Source: Candidatus Methanomethylophilaceae archaeon
GTDB lineage: Archaea > Thermoplasmatota > Thermoplasmata > Methanomassiliicoccales > Methanomethylophilaceae
Assembly: GCA_944320495.1 (NCBI GenBank)
Contig: CALUHR010000011.1
Coordinates: forward strand, 1 to 20,462
Reading direction: 5' to 3'
Length of the DNA: 20,462 nucleotides
Every line of letters starts with the position of its first letter. Within the stretch, counting starts at the first letter, position 1. This document shows positions 15,364-20,462 of this stretch, piece by piece. Both the position numbers and the translations under genes were made by a program. The notes under the pieces are model-generated. The model had not been told where the DNA came from. It searched no databases and worked only from the letters and a program-made list of their open reading frames with translations.

Positions 15364-15890
15364 CGGTCCCTCTCCTTGAGCATCCTGACGACGCTCTGGT
15401 TCAGCCTGCCGGCTATGTCCTCGGCGACGTCCTCCTCCAGATGCTCTATGGTCACGGACCCTCCGGCGGTGGTGATCATCACGTCCGCCAACCCGAAGGC
15501 GCGGTTGATGGGACCGCGGGATACGTCGACCTGATGGATCCTCTCGATGGGGACCATCGTATGGGTGATGAAGACGATACCCTTCCTGAGGTCCGCCTTC
15601 TCGTCGTCGATCCTGTACCTGTAGCGCCTGTAGATTATCTCGGGAGCCGCCAGGCAGTACACCGCCGTGACGACGATTATCACGACAGAGAGGACCTGCA
15701 CCGGGAAGGCCCACGTGCCCAGAACATCTGGCCATATGAACGGTGTGGAGAATATCGCCGCGACTATGACGATGGCGATGACGTTGGCGATGTACATCGC
15801 CTTCTTGCTGACAGGTGCGAGTCTGCGATACCCGTCGAACGTCAGACCGTTCTCGTCTACCGCGAACTCGTCACGAGTGCTCAATCCCAT
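15345..15890 (-). CDS. YdbS-like membrane protein with one bPH_2 domain
   Basis: Two TM segments, then YRRYRYRID....LRKGIVF...T.VP..RI.QVDVSRGPI.R.FGLA.V.I.TAGG. Start 15890 is favoured by the TATA at 15919-15914. Standard stop TAA 15347-15345; in-frame CGA at 15365-15363. Confidence 0.88.
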   Translation of the reverse strand: MGLSTRDEFAVDENGLTFDGYRRLAPVSKKAMYIANVIAIVIVAAIFSTPFIWPDVLGTWAFPVQVLSVVIIVVTAVYCLAAPEIIYRRYRYRIDDEKADLRKGIVFITHTMVPIERIHQVDVSRGPINRAFGLADVMITTAGGSVTIEHLEEDVAEDIAGRLNQSVVRMLKERDRWETSR

Positions 15891-15913
15891 GCATCCGCGT
15901 TCGTACGGCATCG

Positions 15914-15927
15914 TATATAGAATTTGG
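15914..15927 (-). promoter_or_regulatory. Putative ydbS-ydbT promoter (CCAAATTC-TATATA)
   Basis: TATATA 24 nt upstream of ATG 15890 with a BRE-like flank. Confidence 0.55.
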
Positions 15928-15929
15928 CC

Positions 15930-15940
15930 GGGGGGGGGGG
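15930..15940. repeat. G11/C11 homopolymer tract
   Basis: Eleven consecutive G at 15930-15940, directly seen. Confidence 0.9.
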
Positions 15941-15990
15941 CATATGCCCGTTAACCCACCTGGCCGGATTGGAAAAGCCCGATCCTGGAG

Positions 15991-16010
15991 GCCGGGGGGT
16001 CTCCCCCGGC
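15991..16010 (-). terminator. Hairpin just after the ilvD stop
   Basis: Minus strand GCCGGGGG-AGAC-CCCCCGGC (8-bp stem), ~10 nt after TGA 16020, with CTTTT shortly downstream. Confidence 0.5.
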
Positions 16011-16019
16011 ATGGTTTGA

Positions 16020-17666
16020 TCAGTTCAGGTACGCGCCGTCCGCTCCGGAGGAGACGAGCTGGCGGTACTTCCTCTGGACGCCGTGGACGGGGCGCTCGAC
16101 CCTCTCGGCCTCCTTGAGGCGCTGGGCGATCTCCTCGTCGGAGAGACGCACGTTGAGCTTCCTGGCGGGGATGTCGATGTCGATGATGTCCCCGTCCCTG
16201 AGGGCGGCGATGGGCCCTCCCGCGTAGGCCTCGGGGGACACGTGGCCGATGGCCCCTCCCCTGGAGGCTCCGGAGAACCTTCCGTCGGTGATGAGCGCGA
16301 CCTGCTCGCCGAGCCCCCTGCCCACGATGAGGCTGGTGGGGGAGAGCATCTCGGGCATTCCGGGGGCGCCCTTGGGGCCCTCGTACCTGATGACGACGAC
16401 ATCTCCGGCGACGATGGATCCGGAGGTGATGGCCTCCGCCGCGGCGGCCTCGCCGTCGAACACACGGGCCCTTCCGGAGAACTGCATCATCTTGGGGCTG
16501 ACCGCGGCCTGCTTGATGACCGATCCCTCGGGGGCGATGTTGCCCTTCAGCACGGCGATCCCGCCCTGCTGGTGGAACGGCTTGTCGAGGGGCCTGATGA
16601 CCTCCGCGTCCCTGATCTCGGCGGCGTCGGCGATCTGATGGATGGTGGTGCCGTTTCCGGTGGGGACGTCGGCGAGCTTGTCCTTCAGGTCCTTGAGGAC
16701 CGCAGGCACCCCTCCGGCCCTGTCCAGGTCCTTGATGGCGTAGGGGCCAGCAGGCCTGAGGCTGGTGATGTGCGGAGTGTCCCTGGAGATCTCGTCGAAG
16801 TCATCGAGGGTCACGGGGCAGCCGAACTCCTTGGAGATGGCCGGGAGGTGCAGAGCGGTGTTGGTGGATCCGCCGATCGCCATGTCCACGCGTATCGCGT
16901 TGCGGAAGGACTCCCTGGAGACGATGTCCCTGGGCTTGATGTCCTTCTTCACGAGCTCGACGATGCGCCTGCCGGTCTCCCTGGCGATCTGCAGCTTCCT
17001 GTTGTCGTCTGCCAGGCAGGTACCGCACCCGGTGAGGCTCATGCCGATGGTCTCGGTCAGGCAGGCCATGGTGTTGGCGGTGAACAGGCCGGAGCAGCTT
17101 CCCCTGCCGGGGCAGGCGGTGCACTCGACCATGTGGAGCTCGTCCTCGCCGATGTTCCCGGCGCTGTAGGCACCGACGGCCTCGAACACGGACTGGAGGT
17201 CCATGTTGCCGTCCTTGCCGACACCGGGCTCCATGGCCCCGCCGGTGACGATCAGGCCGGGCACGTTCATCCTGCCCATGGCCATCAGCATGCCGGGGGT
17301 GACCTTGTCGCAGTTGGAGACACCGACCCATCCGTCCAGGGCGTGGCCCTCGACCATGACCTCGCAGCAGTCGGAGATGACCTCCCTGGAGATGAGGGAG
17401 TACCTCATGCCGTTATGTCCCATCGCGATACCGTCGCAGACCGCGGGGACCCCGAAGACGAAGGGCCTTCCGCCAGCCTCGATGATACCCTCGCGCACGG
17501 CCTCGACGATCTCGTTGAGGTGGATGTGCCCGGGGACGATGTCGTTCCAGGAGTTCGCTATACCGATGAACGGCTTCTCGAAATCCTCATCCGAGAGTCC
17601 GTCGGCCCTCAGAAGGCTCCTCTGGGGGGCCGCTCCGGGCCCCTTCCTGACTGCGTCGCTTCTCAT
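16020..17666 (-). CDS. ilvD: Dihydroxy-acid dehydratase
   Basis: MRSD start, PGHIHL, CDGIAMGH, CDKVTPG, CPGRGSCSGLFTANTM, GGSTN..LHL, YEGPKGAPGMPEM, TDGRFSGAS, GHVSPEA; 548 aa. Confidence 0.97.
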   Translation of the reverse strand: MRSDAVRKGPGAAPQRSLLRADGLSDEDFEKPFIGIANSWNDIVPGHIHLNEIVEAVREGIIEAGGRPFVFGVPAVCDGIAMGHNGMRYSLISREVISDCCEVMVEGHALDGWVGVSNCDKVTPGMLMAMGRMNVPGLIVTGGAMEPGVGKDGNMDLQSVFEAVGAYSAGNIGEDELHMVECTACPGRGSCSGLFTANTMACLTETIGMSLTGCGTCLADDNRKLQIARETGRRIVELVKKDIKPRDIVSRESFRNAIRVDMAIGGSTNTALHLPAISKEFGCPVTLDDFDEISRDTPHITSLRPAGPYAIKDLDRAGGVPAVLKDLKDKLADVPTGNGTTIHQIADAAEIRDAEVIRPLDKPFHQQGGIAVLKGNIAPEGSVIKQAAVSPKMMQFSGRARVFDGEAAAAEAITSGSIVAGDVVVIRYEGPKGAPGMPEMLSPTSLIVGRGLGEQVALITDGRFSGASRGGAIGHVSPEAYAGGPIAALRDGDIIDIDIPARKLNVRLSDEEIAQRLKEAERVERPVHGVQRKYRQLVSSGADGAYLN

Positions 17667-17702
17667 GCCAATCACAGTTCCTGTGACGGCCATCGAAGAG
17701 GC

Positions 17703-17710
17703 ATATTTAA
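17703..17710 (-). promoter_or_regulatory. Putative ilvD TATA box (TTAAATAT)
   Basis: Canonical TATA-like octamer ~37 nt upstream of ATG 17666; GTGAT SD-like site before the start. Confidence 0.55.
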
Positions 17711-17794
17711 GATAACGCGACCCACAACACGGAGAAACTCGGGATGGGATGCGTAGGGAACCCATCCGGGAGGATGGTATAGAAATGGATTGTA

Positions 17795-17812
17795 GGCGGG
17801 GTTGCCCCCGCC
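17795..17812 (-). terminator. GNRA-capped hairpin after rpsJ
   Basis: Minus strand GGCGGGG-GCAA-CCCCGCC, ~19 nt after the rpsJ stop. Confidence 0.55.
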
Positions 17813-17830
17813 ATGATTGTTTTGGGTTTA

Positions 17831-18145
17831 TCAGCTGCTGCGGAGCACGATCTCGATGTTCACGCCATCGGGAACCTGGATCCTCATCAGCTGCCTGAGG
17901 GCGCGCTCGTCGGCGTCCAGGTCGATGAGTCTCTTGTGGATCCTCATCTCCCAGTGGTCGACGGTCTCGCTTCCCTCTCCGTCGGGGCTCTTCCTGCAGG
18001 CCACCTTGAGCTTCTTGGTGGGCAGGGGAACGGGCCCGCGGATGTCCACACCGGTTCTCTGGGAGATCCCTTTGATCTGGTTGCAGACTCCGTCGACTTT
18101 AGCGGGGTCGGTCCCGCTGAGAGAGATCCTTGCGCGCTGAGACAT
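17831..18145 (-). CDS. rpsJ: 30S ribosomal protein uS10
   Basis: RARISLSG...VCNQIK.I...[41 protein letters not shown] 18145 follows a GTGA SD; tandem TGA TAA stop. Confidence 0.98.
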   Translation of the reverse strand: MSQRARISLSGTDPAKVDGVCNQIKGISQRTGVDIRGPVPLPTKKLKVACRKSPDGEGSETVDHWEMRIHKRLIDLDADERALRQLMRIQVPDGVNIEIVLRSS

Positions 18146-18161
18146 CTTGATCACTCAGGAT

Positions 18162-19427
18162 TCAAGCCTTCTCCACGGAGATGCACATTCCAGCGGCGAC
18201 GGTCTGACCCATGTCGCGGATAGCGAACCTTCCGAGAGGCGGGAACTCTTTCGCAGTCTCGATGACCATGGGCTTGGTGGGCTCCAGCTTCACGACGGCG
18301 ATGTCACCGGTCTTGAGGAAGTCGGGGTGCTCGGCCTTGGTCTGTCCGGTCTTGGGGTCGATGGACTTGATGAGCTCCACGAACCTGCACGCGGTCTGGG
18401 TGGTGTGGCAGTGGAAGACCGGGGTGTATCCGACGGTGATGACGGACGGGTGGTTCAGCACGACGATCTGAGCGGTGAAGCTCTTGGCGACGGACGGCGG
18501 GTTGTCGACGGGTCCGGCGACGTCTCCCCTCTTGATGTCGTTCTTGGCGACTCCGCGGACGTTGAATCCGACGTTGTCTCCAGGAAGGGCCTGGGGCATC
18601 TGCTCGTGGTGCATCTCGATGGACTTGACCTCTCCAGGAACGTGGGAGGGCTCGAACATGACCTTCATGTTGGGCTTGAGGATACCGGTCTCGACACGTC
18701 CGACGGGGACGGTTCCGATTCCAGTGATGGTGTAGACATCCTGGATGGGCAGCCTGAGGGGCTTCTCGGTGTGCTTCTCGGGGACCTTGAGGTTGTCCAG
18801 AGCGGCGATGAGGGTGGTTCCCTTGTACCAGGGCATGTTGGCGGAGGGCTCCTTGATGTTGTCTCCGGCGTAGGCGGAGACGGGGATGAAGGGGACCTCG
18901 TCGGTCTTGATACCGACCATCTTCATCAGCTTGATCATGGCCTCTTTGGCCTCGTTGTACTTGGCCTCCTCGTATTTCACGGCGTCCATCTTGTTGATGG
19001 CGACGATGATCTGCTTGACACCGAGGGTGGTGGCCAGGAAGACGTGCTCCTTGGTCTGGGCCTGGGGTCCCTCGATGGCGCTGCAGGTGATGATGGCTGC
19101 ATCGGCCTGGGAGGTACCAGTGATCATGTTCTTGACGAAGTCACGGTGTCCGGGAGCGTCGATGACGGTGAAGTAGTACTTGTCGGTGTAGAACTTCTTG
19201 TGGGCGACATCGATGGTGACTCCCCTCTCCCTCTCCTCCTTGAGTCCGTCCATGACCCAGGCGAAGTAGAAGGATCCCTTTCCTTTCTCCTCGGCCTCCT
19301 TCTTGTATTTCTCGACGAGGTGAGGGTCGATGGCGCCGGTCTCCAGCAGGATCCTTCCGGTCAGGGTGGATTTCCCGTGGTCGACGTGGCCGATGATGAC
19401 CAGATTCATGTGCTCTTTCTCTGCCAT
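18162..19427 (-). CDS. tuf: Translation elongation factor EF-1alpha
   Basis: [53 protein letters not shown]; GGAGG SD at 19439-19435; 421 aa. Confidence 0.99.
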   Translation of the reverse strand: MAEKEHMNLVIIGHVDHGKSTLTGRILLETGAIDPHLVEKYKKEAEEKGKGSFYFAWVMDGLKEERERGVTIDVAHKKFYTDKYYFTVIDAPGHRDFVKNMITGTSQADAAIITCSAIEGPQAQTKEHVFLATTLGVKQIIVAINKMDAVKYEEAKYNEAKEAMIKLMKMVGIKTDEVPFIPVSAYAGDNIKEPSANMPWYKGTTLIAALDNLKVPEKHTEKPLRLPIQDVYTITGIGTVPVGRVETGILKPNMKVMFEPSHVPGEVKSIEMHHEQMPQALPGDNVGFNVRGVAKNDIKRGDVAGPVDNPPSVAKSFTAQIVVLNHPSVITVGYTPVFHCHTTQTACRFVELIKSIDPKTGQTKAEHPDFLKTGDIAVVKLEPTKPMVIETAKEFPPLGRFAIRDMGQTVAAGMCISVEKA

Positions 19428-19475
19428 GTTTCTTCCTCCGTTATTGGAACGCTGTTCTTGCGGATAAGGGGTTTG

Positions 19476-19490
19476 ATATAAAAGGTTTGC
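19476..19490 (-). promoter_or_regulatory. Internal tuf promoter between fusA and tuf (GCAAACC-TTTTATAT)
   Basis: Strong TATA at 19483-19476, flanked on both sides by CAAACC. Confidence 0.6.
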
Positions 19491-19502
19491 AGACTGCACG
19501 GC

Positions 19503-20462
19503 TCAGAGGCCGGCGTAGTACTTGTCGTCGTAAGGCTCGGGGTTGAGGCCCTTCCTGGTCCTGATGTCGGTGACGATCTTCTTCTGGAGCTCGGGCGGGA
19601 CCTGCTTGAATCCCGCGTTCTCCAGGGACCAGATGGCACGGCCCTGGGTGGAGCCGCGGATGTCGGACGAGAATCCGAACATGTCCGCGACGGGCACCTC
19701 GGCGGTGACGGTGGAGTCGGCGCCCTCCTGGCCCATCTCGAGGATGGTTCCGCGGCGCTGGTTGATCAGGTTGACGGCTCCGCCCATGTAGTCGGGCGGG
19801 ACGCTGATGAAGAGCTTCTGCATGGGCTCGAGCAGGATCCTGCCGGCCTGGCACATGGCTCCGTAGATACCGTCCCTGACGGCGGGGATGATCTGAGCGG
19901 GTCCCCTGTGGATGGTATCCTCGTGCAGCTTGGCGTCCATCAGGCAGACCTTGAGTCCGGCGACCTTCTCGTTGGCGAGCGGTCCCCTCACCATGGCCTC
20001 CTCGAAGGACTGCTTGACGAGCTCCATGGTCTCGTGCAGGTACTGGATACCCTTGGTGCAGTCGATCAGGACGTTGTTGTTCTTGAAGCCGACGACACCC
20101 TTGGCCTCGACATCGCTCATTCCGAGGTCCATCAGCTGGTGGGCGAGGGCCTTCGGGTCCTTGATCTTGGCCTCGGTGTCGATGTCACCCTTGCGGATGG
20201 CGTCCTTGACCGACTCCTCGAGCGGGCTCACGATGAAGTAGAACTTGTTGTGCTTGTTCGGGGACTTACCCTCGAACTCGCTGGGGTTGCTTCCCTTGAC
20301 GGACTCCTGGTACACGACGATCGGAGCGGAGGCGACGATGTCGACGCCCTGCTCGTTCTTGATCCTGTACTCGGTGATCTCCAGGTGGAGCTCTCCCATT
20401 CCGGACATCAGGTGCTCGCCGGTCTCGTTGTTGATCTCGATGTTCAGCGAGGGGTCGGCCTT
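19503..20462 (-). CDS. fusA: Translation elongation factor EF-2, C-terminal part (5' truncated by window edge)
   Basis: The frame is open from 20462 (KADPSLNIEINNETGEHLMSGMGELHLE). Also FEGKSPNKHNKF, LHEDTIHRGPAQIIPA (diphthamide His codon 19910-19908), FGFSSDIRGSTQGRA. Confidence 0.98.
   Translation of the reverse strand, partial: KADPSLNIEINNETGEHLMSGMGELHLEITEYRIKNEQGVDIVASAPIVVYQESVKGSNPSEFEGKSPNKHNKFYFIVSPLEESVKDAIRKGDIDTEAKIKDPKALAHQLMDLGMSDVEAKGVVGFKNNNVLIDCTKGIQYLHETMELVKQSFEEAMVRGPLANEKVAGLKVCLMDAKLHEDTIHRGPAQIIPAVRDGIYGAMCQAGRILLEPMQKLFISVPPDYMGGAVNLINQRRGTILEMGQEGADSTVTAEVPVADMFGFSSDIRGSTQGRAIWSLENAGFKQVPPELQKKIVTDIRTRKGLNPEPYDDKYYAGL

Noticed and set aside
4851-17765. N-terminal extensions in the ORF track (starts 4851, 5381, 7323, 8273, 9229, 15735, 15911, 17765), and likewise 19499 and 18154
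   Set aside because: Homology, SD sites, TATA spacing and stop/start coupling all point to downstream starts (4983, 5780, 8097, 8933, 10192, 15363, 15890, 17666, 19427, 18145).
336-19481. Many long alternative-frame and antisense ORFs in the track (e.g. 336-962, 2337-3836, 2602-3708, 6154-7722, 12158-13762, 16083-17756, 18147-19481)
   Set aside because: Shadow ORFs expected from the high G/C third-position bias. They overlap well-supported genes and show no recognisable motifs.
19908-19910. EF-2 diphthamide site
   Set aside because: The His in HRGPAQ is canonical; nothing unusual.
1-20462. CRISPR arrays, IS elements, rRNA genes, in-frame Pyl/Sec codons
   Set aside because: No repeat-spacer array, transposase, rRNA signature or internal TAG/TGA interrupting a conserved protein was seen.

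Overview
GC-rich archaeal chromosomal window with strong G/C bias at third codon positions. It is most likely Methanomassiliicoccales/Thermoplasmata, inferred from the archaeal EF-1alpha/EF-2/S10 cluster, the DKFP-type shikimate pathway, NifB and TATA/BRE promoters. Contents in order: a structured non-coding stretch, DUF61, nifB, a short bacterial-type alaS, an RsbW-like kinase plus STAS pair, tRNA-Ala(UGC), a 7-gene aromatic operon (aroA', aroB', aroD-aroE fusion, aroK, aroA, aroC, CM-PDH tyrA), an FGGY kinase, a YdbS/YdbT-like pair, ilvD, rpsJ, tuf and the 3' part of fusA. Main observation: CGA appears to mark gene ends. I read the Arg codons of all 19 CDSs by eye (about 6,400 codons) and found no in-frame CGA inside any protein body. 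Fifteen CDSs end in TGA. The other four (nifB, aroA, aroC, ydbS) each have an in-frame CGA where the protein would naturally end, and three of these form CGATG with the next start codon, mirroring the TGATG coupling used elsewhere in the window. CDS coordinates below follow the standard code, with CGA-based ends noted. All calls come from motif recognition; no database searches were run.
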